From positions 160,001 to 224,000 of the forward strand of contig CAWDKY010000017.1 of NCBI GenBank assembly GCA_963802945.1: a stretch of 64,000 bases of DNA, written 5' to 3'. A program made the translations under genes and the position numbers. Shown here in pieces: positions 49,495-59,647 of this stretch (positions within the stretch are counted from its first letter, which is position 1; every line of letters starts with the position of its first letter). The stretch is from an uncultured delta proteobacterium (GTDB lineage: Bacteria > Desulfobacterota > RBG-13-43-22). Under the pieces are notes generated by a model, which searched no databases, was not told the DNA's origin, and saw nothing but the letters and a program-made list of their open reading frames with translations.

Positions 49495-50613
49495 ATGGAA
49501 ACAGCCAGTCAGATTCTTGTCGTTGAAGACGATCCGATGACCAGCCGTTTGCTGGCCACGATCCTTACCCGGCTGGGATACAACGTAGAAACCGCCTTTG
49601 ACGGGATTGATGGTTTGGAGAAAGTCGAATCTTCTTCTCCAGACCTGATATTACTCGACCTCAAGCTACCCAGAATGAATGGGTATGAAGTTGCCCGCCG
49701 ATTGAAACAGGCGGATCAAACGAAAATTATTCCAATCGTCGTGATCTCATCCTTTGCCGAGGTGGAAAACCGGATCGCGGCCTTTGAGGCGGGAGCGGAT
49801 GATTTTTTATCAAAGCCAATCGATCAGGTCGAGCTTCGGGCCAGGGTTCAGTCGCTTTTGAAGGTCAAGAGGTTCAATGATTACATGATCAGCCATCAGA
49901 AAATCCTCGAGGCCGAAGTTGACAGAAGGACCCAGCAACTGCGCCAGGCTTTTGAGGAGTTAAAAAATGCATCAGAAAAGATCAAACAGGCCTCACTCGA
50001 TACCACATTCCGCCTTGCACAGGCGGTCGAAAGCAAAGATGAAGAAACGGGAGGCCATATTAAGAGGATCGGATACTATTCCACCGCCGTTGCCAGGGTC
50101 ATGGCCCTTCTGCCCCAAGACATCGAGAGCATTCTCTATGCCGCACCGATGCATGATATCGGCAAGATCGGTATTCCGGACCGGATTCTGCTCAAATCGA
50201 GATCACTAAATGACGAGGAATGGAAAATCATGAAGATGCATACCGTCATCGGGGGAAGAATCCTTTCTAGTTCGGACTCGTCCGTCATTCAGATGGCCGA
50301 ACAGATCGCCCTGACTCATCATGAAAAATGGGATGGATCCGGATATCCCAATGGATTAAAGGGTTCCAATATTCCTCTCTGGGGACGAATCTCCGCGATC
50401 GTCGATGTTTTTGATGCCCTGACTACCAATCGGCCTTATAAAAAAGCCTTTTCAATCGATCAGTCATTGGAAATTTTGAATGAGGGGAAGGGGACCCATT
50501 TTGATCCGGAGGTTTCCGATGCTTTCTTCTCAATCCAAGAAGAGATACTATCGATCCGCAGGGAGTACGAAGATCCAGTTTCCGAAAAGAATAGGGTAGC
50601 TTGGTTGGATTAA
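49495..50613 (+). CDS. Response regulator with HD-GYP phosphodiesterase domain (RpfG-like)
   Basis: VVEDD, DLKLP; MHDIGKIG, HHEKWDGSGYP, DVFDAL, RPYK. Confidence 0.93.
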   Translation: METASQILVVEDDPMTSRLLATILTRLGYNVETAFDGIDGLEKVESSSPDLILLDLKLPRMNGYEVARRLKQADQTKIIPIVVISSFAEVENRIAAFEAGADDFLSKPIDQVELRARVQSLLKVKRFNDYMISHQKILEAEVDRRTQQLRQAFEELKNASEKIKQASLDTTFRLAQAVESKDEETGGHIKRIGYYSTAVARVMALLPQDIESILYAAPMHDIGKIGIPDRILLKSRSLNDEEWKIMKMHTVIGGRILSSSDSSVIQMAEQIALTHHEKWDGSGYPNGLKGSNIPLWGRISAIVDVFDALTTNRPYKKAFSIDQSLEILNEGKGTHFDPEVSDAFFSIQEEILSIRREYEDPVSEKNRVAWLD

Positions 50614-50920
50614 AGGCAACTTTAAAAAAAGGATAAGATTTCTAAAACCTAACACGGAAAACGGGAATTCTATAAGATTCCTGTCAATAGAAAAAAACCT
50701 GATCGGCTTATATATCCGCCGGCCTTTCCTTTAGGGTAAGGGACGGCCCTTCTTTTTGAGCACACTTCAAAGCCTACTCGCTATTGCAAACTCACATTCA
50801 ATGATGACCATTTAGGAAGTCGTCACCCATGAGATATCTTGACATTCTCTGGAGGATCAAATATTTTTGAAATAAGAAATTAACCTTGACGAATCGAGCC
50901 ATTCTTTTTGTAAGTCCAAA

Positions 50921-52037
50921 ATGAGCAATAACACATTAGCTGGGCTTTATATCCATGTTCCCTTCTGTCTGAGTAAATGCCCCTATTGTGATTTTTATTC
51001 CACCATGGACAACAAACTGATTCCCTTGTGGTTGAAGGCCCTGGAGAAAGAACTGGCGTTTTATCAAGGACATTCTCCTCCTTTGATACGCTCTATTTGG
51101 GGGAGGAAGTCCATCGAGGCTATCCGAACAACAAATAGAAAAAATATTTGAGCTGATTCACGGCTGCTTTCATTTTGAAGCGGATCCGGAGATTACCATC
51201 GAAGCCAATCCCAATGATTTGAATCCCTCTAAGTTAAGAAGGTATCGCAATTTGGGCGTCAATCGGATCAGCCTGGGGGTTCAATCCTTTGACGATCGGG
51301 AGTTATCATTTTTAAGAAGACGGCATACAGCCAAGGAATCGGAAAAAACCCTCAACTGGATTCGCGAAGACGGTTTTAAGAATCTTGGCATTGACCTTAT
51401 CTACGGTCTTCCTGAGCAAACGAAGGAGCAATGGCTGGCCAGTCTGAATAAGGCCCTGGCTTTCCAGCCCGAACATCTGTCTTGTTATCAATTGACCATT
51501 GCCAAGGGGACCTTATTCTGGGGAATGAAAGAAAAAGGCCGCCTTCAGTCGATAAGCGAGGCGGACGAAGAAACATTTTTTCTGACTACCTCCCAATTTT
51601 TAGAAGATCGCGGTTATATTCACTACGAAATTTCCAATTTTGCCAGACAAGAAAACTATTTTTCAAGGCACAATCAAAAATACTGGCAGAGACGGCCTTA
51701 TCTGGGATTGGGACCTTCGGCCCATTCCTTTCAGGAAAACCGCCGTTGGTGGAACCTCCGGTCCCTTAACCGCTATTGCCGGGCATTGGAAGAAGGAAGA
51801 CTCCCGATAGAGGAGCAGGAAGTCTTAACTCAAGACCAGGTGCAAATGGAAGTCATCAGTCTGGGATTACGGACAAAGGCCGGGTTGGATCTCAATTGTT
51901 TGGGGGAAAAAAAGGAGGTAAAAAAAATGCTGCCAAGACTTGTTGAAAACGGATGGATATCCATCTCAGCTAATCACCTAATTCCCACCCTAAAGGGATT
52001 TCTGGTGGCCGACCGTCTGCCTTTATTCTTTGATTGA
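50921..52037 (+). CDS. hemW: Radical SAM heme chaperone HemW (HemN-like), frameshifted near 51070-51120
   Basis: GLYIHVPFCLSKCPYCDF, EITIEANP, NRISLGVQSF, HYEISNF, HNQKYW. Confidence 0.85.
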
Positions 52038-52357
52038 TCATGGACCACAACGCTCCGATGGAATATCCTGTTGACGGCATCCTGGACCTTCACACCTTTC
52101 GACCCAACGAACTCAAGGATCTTATTCCTGAATATTTATTGCTCTGCCGCCGGCGAAGGATCCTTCAGGTGCGTATTATCCACGGGAAAGGCAACGGAAC
52201 CTTGAGACGAACCGTCCAGTCCATTCTTCAACGAATTCCCGAAGTGAGTTCTTTTCAGCAGGCCGGTGAAGATGCTGGCGGCTGGGGTGCCACCATCGTC
52301 ACACTAAGACCTGATGAGGATTATCTCGGCAAGGAGTATGGAAAGAACGGAAGTTAA
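52034..52357 (+). CDS. Smr/MutS2 C-terminal domain protein
   Basis: LDLHTF, RIIHGKGNGTLR, GGWGATIV. Confidence 0.9.
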   Translation: MIMDHNAPMEYPVDGILDLHTFRPNELKDLIPEYLLLCRRRRILQVRIIHGKGNGTLRRTVQSILQRIPEVSSFQQAGEDAGGWGATIVTLRPDEDYLGKEYGKNGS

Positions 52358-52449
52358 AACCAAGGATCTCGCAAAAAGTTGGGACCTCTCAGTCCCTGGA
52401 CACTGTATACTATCTTTTACGAGTCCATCAAAACTATGGAGGCTTAATT

Positions 52450-52980
52450 ATGAAGGAACTCATCAAAATCATGTTGATTGTTTCAGGCGTCTTTCTAATA
52501 AACCAAGCAGCCCAAGCCATAGAAGTCGGTGAAGTCCCACCAAAAGTGGAATTGAAGGAAAAATTAGGGGGGCGTTTGGACGGAAAACTATGGAGCAGTG
52601 AAGAGTTGCAGGGAAAGGTCCATGTCCTTTTTTATGTCGACCCTGATGAAAAGGATACCAACAATCCGGCCAGCGATGCTTTGGACAAAGAGAATTTTCC
52701 TGACGATAAGTGTCATTTCTTTGGGATCATCAACATGGCGGCAACCTTGATGCCCAATTTCGCTATTAATATCGCCTTGAAAAAAAAACAGGAACGGTAT
52801 CCCAAGACCACTTATGTGCGGGATTACAAAAAGGTGCTGGTTAACGCCTGGAAGATTGCGGATAACAACAGTGATGTACTTGCCTTTGACAAAAAAGGGA
52901 AGTTGATCTTTAAAAAAGAAGGGCAATTAAGCCCAGCGGAAACCCGAAGGCTGATTCAGGTCATTCGAGATCATCTGTGA
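52450..52980 (+). CDS. YtfJ-like exported thioredoxin-fold protein
   Basis: Signal peptide, WSSEELQGKVHVLFY, GIIN, AW, DKKGK. Confidence 0.75.
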   Translation: MKELIKIMLIVSGVFLINQAAQAIEVGEVPPKVELKEKLGGRLDGKLWSSEELQGKVHVLFYVDPDEKDTNNPASDALDKENFPDDKCHFFGIINMAATLMPNFAINIALKKKQERYPKTTYVRDYKKVLVNAWKIADNNSDVLAFDKKGKLIFKKEGQLSPAETRRLIQVIRDHL

Positions 52981-52991
52981 TTTTACTCAAA

Positions 52992-53023
52992 AAGGCCCCC
53001 TGCACTCCAGGAACAGGGGGCCT
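52992..53023. terminator. Hairpin between convergent genes
   Basis: aggccccctg ... cagggggcct. Confidence 0.65.
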
Positions 53024-53036
53024 CCAAATTCAGCTT

Positions 53037-53720
53037 TTAAGCGGTTAAGACGATCAAGGCGTCAACAGCAACGGGTCTGGCTCCCGATATGATCAGCGGA
53101 TTAATATCGATTTCTTTAATTTTTTCCTGCTCTAATCCGATTTGTCCGAGTTGGACGAGGATGTCGGCCAAACTATTTTTATCCACGGCCTCCATGCCCC
53201 GGATACCTTCTAATAGTTTGTGGGCCTTAGTTTCTTCCATCATTTCCAGGGCCTCTCTCCGGTCGAATGGAGCAACCCGAAAAGAAACATCTTTAAGGAC
53301 TTCGGTAAATATCCCTCCAAGACCAAATAGAACACAAGGTCCGAATTGAGGATCCCGTGTCAGACCGGCCAAAAATTCGCGTTTTCCCTTGACCATTTCC
53401 TGGACCAAAACCGTTTTTGAACTCCCGTTCATTCGTCCCATGATTTCAGTAAAGGCCTGCCCGGCTTCCGCTTCATTTCGGATATCCAGCCGGATAAGGT
53501 CTTTTTCGGTTTTGTGGGTAATATCCGGAGCATTCCCTTTTAGGACCAGGGGAAATCCGATTTCCCGGGCAGCTTCCTTGAGATCTTTGGCGTCCTTACA
53601 TAGTTTCTCTTTGGCAATTGGGATCTGGTAATGGGTAAGCACAAGTTTAGATTCATACTCCGATAGAGTCGTTCTGCCTTCCTTTAAAGCCGATTCGATG
53701 ATTTTTTTAGGTTCCTGCAT
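53037..53720 (-). CDS. ADP-forming acyl-CoA synthetase beta subunit (ATP-grasp)
   Basis: LSEYESK, IGFPLVLK, HKTE, DPQFGPCVLFGLGGIFTE, EIDINPL. Confidence 0.9.
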   Translation of the reverse strand: MQEPKKIIESALKEGRTTLSEYESKLVLTHYQIPIAKEKLCKDAKDLKEAAREIGFPLVLKGNAPDITHKTEKDLIRLDIRNEAEAGQAFTEIMGRMNGSSKTVLVQEMVKGKREFLAGLTRDPQFGPCVLFGLGGIFTEVLKDVSFRVAPFDRREALEMMEETKAHKLLEGIRGMEAVDKNSLADILVQLGQIGLEQEKIKEIDINPLIISGARPVAVDALIVLTA

Positions 53721-53868
53721 GGCTTGTTTTCCTTTTGATTTTTAATTTTAATTTTTCCTGCTCAAAGGGGTACTAAACTATTGAATGATACATAGGGCTA
53801 AAATAGTACCGAAATTGTTTTATCCAGTCAATCAGAAATTATTGGCCGGGAAAAAGTATTTGGGTTGG

Positions 53869-54294
53869 TTAAGGTTCAAGAAAAGGCAACGGCTTCCCTT
53901 TGCGGTAAGCCAGGGCCTGACAGGAAGCGATCAAATTCCCTTGTTCATCTTTCACCTTGATGTCGTAATTAGCCGTTTTTGCAGTCCGGCTGAATTCTTT
54001 GGCTATGGCCGTCAGTTGATTCCCGGGAGCAGGGGAAGCAATAAACGTGATATTCACATTTAAGGCTAAGGCCACCGTACCATAAGTGTTGCAGGCCGTT
54101 TGAAAGGCCTCGTCTATCAAAGCGAAAACGGCCCCGCCGTGAGCCATACCGAAGATGTTTTCCATATCCGGCGTAAAGACCATCGTTACCTTGGAATATC
54201 CTTCCTCAAGATCGACTAGTTTCAATCCGAATTTTTCAGCAAATGGTTCCCGGCCAACTTGCCGGAATAATAATTCTCTCACCCGATCGTCCAT
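53869..54294 (-). CDS. PaaI-family thioesterase
   Basis: NIFGMAHGGAVFALIDEAF. Confidence 0.9.
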   Translation of the reverse strand: MDDRVRELLFRQVGREPFAEKFGLKLVDLEEGYSKVTMVFTPDMENIFGMAHGGAVFALIDEAFQTACNTYGTVALALNVNITFIASPAPGNQLTAIAKEFSRTAKTANYDIKVKDEQGNLIASCQALAYRKGKPLPFLEP

Positions 54295-54579
54295 TTTCTC
54301 CTTTGGCCTATACCATCGTCAAGAAACAACGATTTGATGCACCCTGCGCTTTTTTTTACAGGTTTCTCCGTTCAGACCGGAACCTGATCACCCTCGGCCG
54401 GCTGACGGACTTTCTATAGATCCATCATGATTTGATTTTCAAAAAAGCCGACTTGTTAGCGATATTATTATTTATTGAAGATGTTGTCCAAACAATTTTT
54501 TTGAAATTATTTAACCTTTATAAATCATTTAAAATTTCTCCAGGAGCGATGGGATGTTCTTCACCACATTTGAAGAGAA

Positions 54580-54980
54580 TCAAGCTGATTCAGCGGCTGT
54601 ATTCAATAAAAAAACCCTTGCTATCAGAAGAAGAATTCCAATAATCCGGGATGGGGAAATGTGCTCTTGGAATGAAAGGAAGGAACTTATCAGGACGATG
54701 ATGAAGCCCAGACCGGAAAGAGGATAAGCAAATTGACCTCCTCCTTGGCCAGAACAGTCAAACACAAAACAGCCCCGGCCCCAAAAGACAAAAATCCGAG
54801 GAAGACATAATCATTGCCAATGACATAGCCCGTCAACTTCCCCAGGGAAACTTGTTGATGTTGATGATCAAAAATCATCATACCTTTTTAAAAAACAATT
54901 GTCCGATGGAAGTCAAGGCCACCGAGACTAAAGTCAAAGATAAATGGAACAGGGGGGTTTTAACAAAAAGAGATGTTCAT
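54580..54980 (-). pseudogene. Fragmented ArnE/ArnF-like SMR/EamA membrane protein
   Basis: Pieces SVALTSIGQLF, YVFLGFLSFGAGAVLCLTVLAK and FAYPLSGLGFIIVL...QEHISPSRIIGILL in different frames. Confidence 0.6.
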
Positions 54981-55215
54981 GTTTCTTTTAGCCCTACTGC
55001 TTTATTTTTAAATAATTATAGTCAATTAGGCACCGATCAACTTTAAAAAAATGAGAGTTGCCTGTCATGGGATATTTTAGTTCTTGGGGTGCCCAATAAT
55101 TATTAACAAAAAATTGAGAACCAGTTGTATTAGTCGATAGAATATGATAAAGACAGTCGGTAAGGCTTGGTAAAATGGTTAGGAAAAATGTCAGTTTTGG
55201 CCCAAGGGCGCTTTT

Positions 55216-56532
55216 ATGAAAATCAGTGTTTTCGGCTTGGGGTATGTAGGGACCATCAGCGCGGCCTGCTTAGCCCAATTGGGCCATGAGGTGATTGGGG
55301 TGGATGTCAATCCCAATAAGGTCCGGATGATTGAGCAAGGTCAATCCCCGGTTATGGAAGCAGAAGTCGGTCGGATTATTGCTGAACAAACCAAAGCACA
55401 AAGGTTAAAGGCCACTGATAAGGGCGCTTGGGCTTTTGCCCGGACGAATCTGAGTCTGGTTTGCGTGGGAACTCCAGGAAAAGATAATGGAGCCATTGAC
55501 TTAACGTATGTTCGTCGGGTTTTTGAGGAGATGGGTGACTACTTATCTTCCAAGCCCCATTTCCATTGGATTGTCTTAAGAAGCACCGTCTTGCCGGGAA
55601 CAACCGAACAGACCCTGATCCCAATCCTGGAAGAAAAATCCGGGAAATCGGCAGGAAAAGATTTTGGGGTCTGTTTTAATCCGGAATTTTTACGCGAAGG
55701 AAGTTCGGTTTGGGATTTTTTTAATCCCCCTAAGACCGTAATCGGGCTTTTAACCTCTCATGATAATCCCCCAATGCTTTCTCTTTATGAATCTCTTTCT
55801 GCTCCGGTGATCAAGACCTCGATCCGGGAGGCTGAACTGGTCAAATATTTAGACAATGTCTTCCATGCCTTAAAAATCTGTTTTGCCAACGAGATTGGGA
55901 AGGTCTGTCAGGCTTTAAAGGTTGACAGTCATGCGCTCATGAATATTTTTATACAAGACACCAAATTGAATATTTCTCCTATGTATTTAAAACCCGGTTT
56001 TGCCTTTGGCGGCTCCTGTCTGCCGAAGGATACACGGGCCTTGCTTTATATGGCCAAGAGCCTTGATCTCGAATTACCGGTGCTTCAGGCCATCCTGCCC
56101 AGTAATGAAGCTCAACTTCGAGAAGGACTTCGCCTCATCCTTAAAACAAAAAAGAAGAAGGTGGGTCTGTTGGGCTTGAGCTTCAAAGAAGGAACGGATG
56201 ACCTAAGGGAAAGCCCTTTAGTCCTTTTGGCCGAGACCCTCCTGGGAAAGGGTTTTGATCTCAGAATTTATGATCCTCAGGTATTCCTTGGCAATCTTTT
56301 CGGAACCAATAAAGATTTTATTGAGCGCATCATCCCCCATCTGGGTCAGTTGCTTACCCAGGACTTAGAAGGGCTGCTGACCCATGCCGAGGTCATCGTC
56401 ATCGGTTCAAAAATTCAAGGGGTTTCGTCATTGAGAGATTCCCTTCGGGACGATCAGGAAATTATCGATTTAGTTCGGGCCTTTCCGGAAAATAGAGGCT
56501 TTAAAGGAAGGTACCAAGGAATAAGCTGGTAA
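55216..56532 (+). CDS. UDP-glucose/GDP-mannose 6-dehydrogenase (AlgD-like)
   Basis: MKISVFGLGYVG, CVGTP, FNPEFLREG, FGGSCLPKD, DDLRESP. Confidence 0.93.
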   Translation: MKISVFGLGYVGTISAACLAQLGHEVIGVDVNPNKVRMIEQGQSPVMEAEVGRIIAEQTKAQRLKATDKGAWAFARTNLSLVCVGTPGKDNGAIDLTYVRRVFEEMGDYLSSKPHFHWIVLRSTVLPGTTEQTLIPILEEKSGKSAGKDFGVCFNPEFLREGSSVWDFFNPPKTVIGLLTSHDNPPMLSLYESLSAPVIKTSIREAELVKYLDNVFHALKICFANEIGKVCQALKVDSHALMNIFIQDTKLNISPMYLKPGFAFGGSCLPKDTRALLYMAKSLDLELPVLQAILPSNEAQLREGLRLILKTKKKKVGLLGLSFKEGTDDLRESPLVLLAETLLGKGFDLRIYDPQVFLGNLFGTNKDFIERIIPHLGQLLTQDLEGLLTHAEVIVIGSKIQGVSSLRDSLRDDQEIIDLVRAFPENRGFKGRYQGISW

Positions 56533-56562
56533 ATAAGAATGAGAAAAAAAGGCAGCTGAATT

Positions 56563-57996
56563 ATGGCTGAATTGTCTCAAAACATACCCTATCGGGTTAG
56601 TGATCTGCTGATCACCATCCTGAGCTTATTTTTGGGATATCTCCTGGCTAGCGCTCTGGCCGGATATTCGATTCCCTTTTTTAGTTTAAAGATCACCATC
56701 GGAAATCCGCATTCTTTCCCTGAGTTTGTATTGATCTTGGTTGCCATCCCTTTTATTTGGTGGGTGGCCTTAAACTGGGCATCTATCTATGATCCCCTCA
56801 TAATAAGAAATCCCAGATTGCTGTTATGGTCTCTGATCAAGGCCCATTTAAGTGGCGGAATATTTCTGTTCGGCCTTTTCTTTTTGGCTAAATTATATTT
56901 TCCGAGCCGGGCCCAGATGATTTTCTTTCTGGGCATTAATGTCTTGTTGCTCTATGGCGAAAAAAGAATACTGGTTTCTTTCTGGAATGTGAAAAAAAGG
57001 GAGACTGCTTTTCAAAGACTTCTCCTGATTGGAATGGATCTGGAAGCGAGGAGATTTGCCAGGCATGTCGAAAATTATCCTGAACTAGGTTATAAAATTA
57101 TCGGCTGTTTGGCCGATCAAACGGAAGATTTGAATGGATTCGATGATCATCTTAAAGTTTTGGGAAACATTGCTCAGGTTGAAAAAATCGTCAGGGAAAA
57201 CCCCGTTGACGAAGTCATTGTCTTTTCTCTCCAGAAGTTATGGGAAACGATGGACCTGGTAGCCGCCGTTTGTGAAGATATGGGCATTCGTCTGACGATG
57301 GTGCCCCAATGGCCGACTCTCAAGATAACCCAGCTTCATTTCCGGAAACTGGGTGGTACTCCTTTGCTAAGTTTTGTTTTCAGCCCAACTGAAAGCTGGC
57401 CTCTTTTCATTAAGAGGATGATAGATTTCAGTTTATCGCTCCTGGCCCTGATCTTTTTATCGCCGCTTTTTATTTTAATTGCTGTAATAATTAAATGGGA
57501 TTCCAAAGGCCCTGTCTTTTTTATCCAAAAGCGGTGCGGCCTTAACGGGAGGATGTTTTCCCTGATTAAATTTCGATCCATGGTTCAAGAAGCCGAAACC
57601 ATGCAGGAACAGTTGAGAAACCTAAATGAAATGTCCGGTCCGGTTTTTAAAATAACCAACGATCCCCGAATCACCCGAGTCGGCTCCTGGCTCCGGAAGA
57701 CCAGTTTGGATGAATTGCCCCAACTTATCAATGTCTTCAAAGGAGACATCAGTCTGGTTGGCCCGAGACCTCCAGTTCCCGGTGAAGTGGCTCTTTATGA
57801 ACGGTGGCAAAGGAGAAGATTGAGTGTTAAGCCGGGGATCACCTGTATTTGGCAAATCAGTGGTCGAAACAATATCAATTTTGACGAATGGATGAAGCTG
57901 GATTTAAATTATATTGATCATTGGTCTTTAACGTTGGACCTGAAGATTTTAACCCGCACCATCCCGGCAGTGCTTTTAGGCCGAGGTGCGAGATAA
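56563..57996 (+). CDS. Polyprenyl-phosphate priming sugar transferase (WcaJ-like)
   Basis: N-terminal TMs; KRMID, KFRSM, DPRITRVG, SLDELPQ, VGPRP, KPGITC. Confidence 0.93.
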   Translation: MAELSQNIPYRVSDLLITILSLFLGYLLASALAGYSIPFFSLKITIGNPHSFPEFVLILVAIPFIWWVALNWASIYDPLIIRNPRLLLWSLIKAHLSGGIFLFGLFFLAKLYFPSRAQMIFFLGINVLLLYGEKRILVSFWNVKKRETAFQRLLLIGMDLEARRFARHVENYPELGYKIIGCLADQTEDLNGFDDHLKVLGNIAQVEKIVRENPVDEVIVFSLQKLWETMDLVAAVCEDMGIRLTMVPQWPTLKITQLHFRKLGGTPLLSFVFSPTESWPLFIKRMIDFSLSLLALIFLSPLFILIAVIIKWDSKGPVFFIQKRCGLNGRMFSLIKFRSMVQEAETMQEQLRNLNEMSGPVFKITNDPRITRVGSWLRKTSLDELPQLINVFKGDISLVGPRPPVPGEVALYERWQRRRLSVKPGITCIWQISGRNNINFDEWMKLDLNYIDHWSLTLDLKILTRTIPAVLLGRGAR

Positions 57997-59644
57997 TGGA
58001 CAACCGAGGTCATTTATGGAATTAAAGAAAACATTAAAGAAAATTGTTACCCTGGGAAAGCATCCCCTGTATGAAGAAGGGATCCAGCTCTACAATGAGG
58101 GATTTTTCCCTGAAGCTCTGGAAATATTTAAAAAAATCGTCACTCGTGGTCAGAATGAAGCCAGCTTGCATTTTAACCTAGCCTCTTTTTACAGCGGATT
58201 AATTCACCGGAACCTTGGGTTGCTCTTTCTGCATAAAGGGGATTTCTCAGAGGCCATTGCCCACTTTAACCGGGCCCTGGAATTTAATCCGACCCATTAT
58301 GAAATTTATAATTATTTGGGCATTGCCTACAACAACTGGAAGAAATATCCAAAGGCCATGTCCGCTTTTTCCAGGGTCCTGAAGTTAGCCCCTGAACTCC
58401 TTTCCTTGCGTTATAAAGTGGCTATTGTTTTGTATAATTTAAAAAAATATGATCAGGCCCTGGAAGAAATTCGGCGCTTGATTGGCTTGAATCCAAAATT
58501 TGCTGATTTGCATTATCATCTGGGAGTGATTTATGCCCATCAGAGACAATTTAAGGAGGCCCAAAAGGCTTTTTCGCATGCTGTTGATTTAAATCCTTAT
58601 TATCTTCAAGCCAAGATAGAGTTGTCGTTAATTGAGGCCGCCCAGGGTAACCATGAATTAGCTATGGAGAAACTCAAGGCAATCATCAAGCTGCGACCCA
58701 ATTACCCTGATCTTTATTATAATATTGGGGTGATCCAGGCGGCTCAAAAAGATTGGAAAGGGGCCCGGGACAGTATTATGAAGGCCCTGGAAATAAATAA
58801 AAATTATTCTAATGCTCATTTTATTTTGGGGATTTTATCCTTAAGGAATAATGAGCCTGAGGCGGCGGAGCAAGCCATTCAAAGGGCCCTGGAGCTTGAT
58901 TTGGAAGAGCCGAAACGGTCGTTAGCTAAAAATATTTTAGACTACTTAAACAAAAGAAAGGAAATAAAACCAAACGAGGATAACGCGGCCATCCTGGCAC
59001 AACTCAATCCCCTGCAAGAGGGTTATTTGGAAGAAATGTTACAGGTTTATCCCCAACACCTGCCTATTGTCCCGGATTATTTCGAAATCATGGAGAAGTT
59101 TGGGTCCAAATGGGATCGCCCCTTACTGACTACCCTAGTCAAGCTTTATGAAGATGCTGTCGCTGAAACACCGCATTATGCTGATTTACATTTTCAATTG
59201 GGAAAGATTTACGACCAAATGGAGGCTTGGGATAAGGCTATTTTGGCCTTGACTAAGGCCCTGGAAATCAACCCTCTGTTTTCCAAGGCTCGAATCCATC
59301 TTTATCAAATTTTCCTGAAGGTTCAGATGCCGGAGAGGGCCAAGAACGAGTTGGAGTTCTTAATGCAACAAGGCATCCAGTTCCCTGATCTGTCCGTGAG
59401 TTTGGCTGAGATCTATCTTGGGGAGAAAGATTGGGACGCGGCCATGTCTTGTCTATATTCCGCCATGGAAAAAAATCCAGGGTTTGAAAAGGCCTTTTTG
59501 TTGGCCTCAGTTCTCCTTGAAAAAAAGGAGGCCATCGATCAGGCCATCAGAATCTTAGAGGAATTTAAAGATAAAAACAGAGGTTGTTCCAATGAAGTGG
59601 CTTTGAGAATCCATGAATTGGAAAAGAAAAGGGATGGGGCTTAG
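57986..59644 (+). CDS. TPR-repeat protein
   Basis: Many TPR units (ADLHYHLG, PDLYYNIG, ADLHFQLG). Confidence 0.88.
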   Translation: MRDNGQPRSFMELKKTLKKIVTLGKHPLYEEGIQLYNEGFFPEALEIFKKIVTRGQNEASLHFNLASFYSGLIHRNLGLLFLHKGDFSEAIAHFNRALEFNPTHYEIYNYLGIAYNNWKKYPKAMSAFSRVLKLAPELLSLRYKVAIVLYNLKKYDQALEEIRRLIGLNPKFADLHYHLGVIYAHQRQFKEAQKAFSHAVDLNPYYLQAKIELSLIEAAQGNHELAMEKLKAIIKLRPNYPDLYYNIGVIQAAQKDWKGARDSIMKALEINKNYSNAHFILGILSLRNNEPEAAEQAIQRALELDLEEPKRSLAKNILDYLNKRKEIKPNEDNAAILAQLNPLQEGYLEEMLQVYPQHLPIVPDYFEIMEKFGSKWDRPLLTTLVKLYEDAVAETPHYADLHFQLGKIYDQMEAWDKAILALTKALEINPLFSKARIHLYQIFLKVQMPERAKNELEFLMQQGIQFPDLSVSLAEIYLGEKDWDAAMSCLYSAMEKNPGFEKAFLLASVLLEKKEAIDQAIRILEEFKDKNRGCSNEVALRIHELEKKRDGA

Positions 59645-59647
59645 CCG

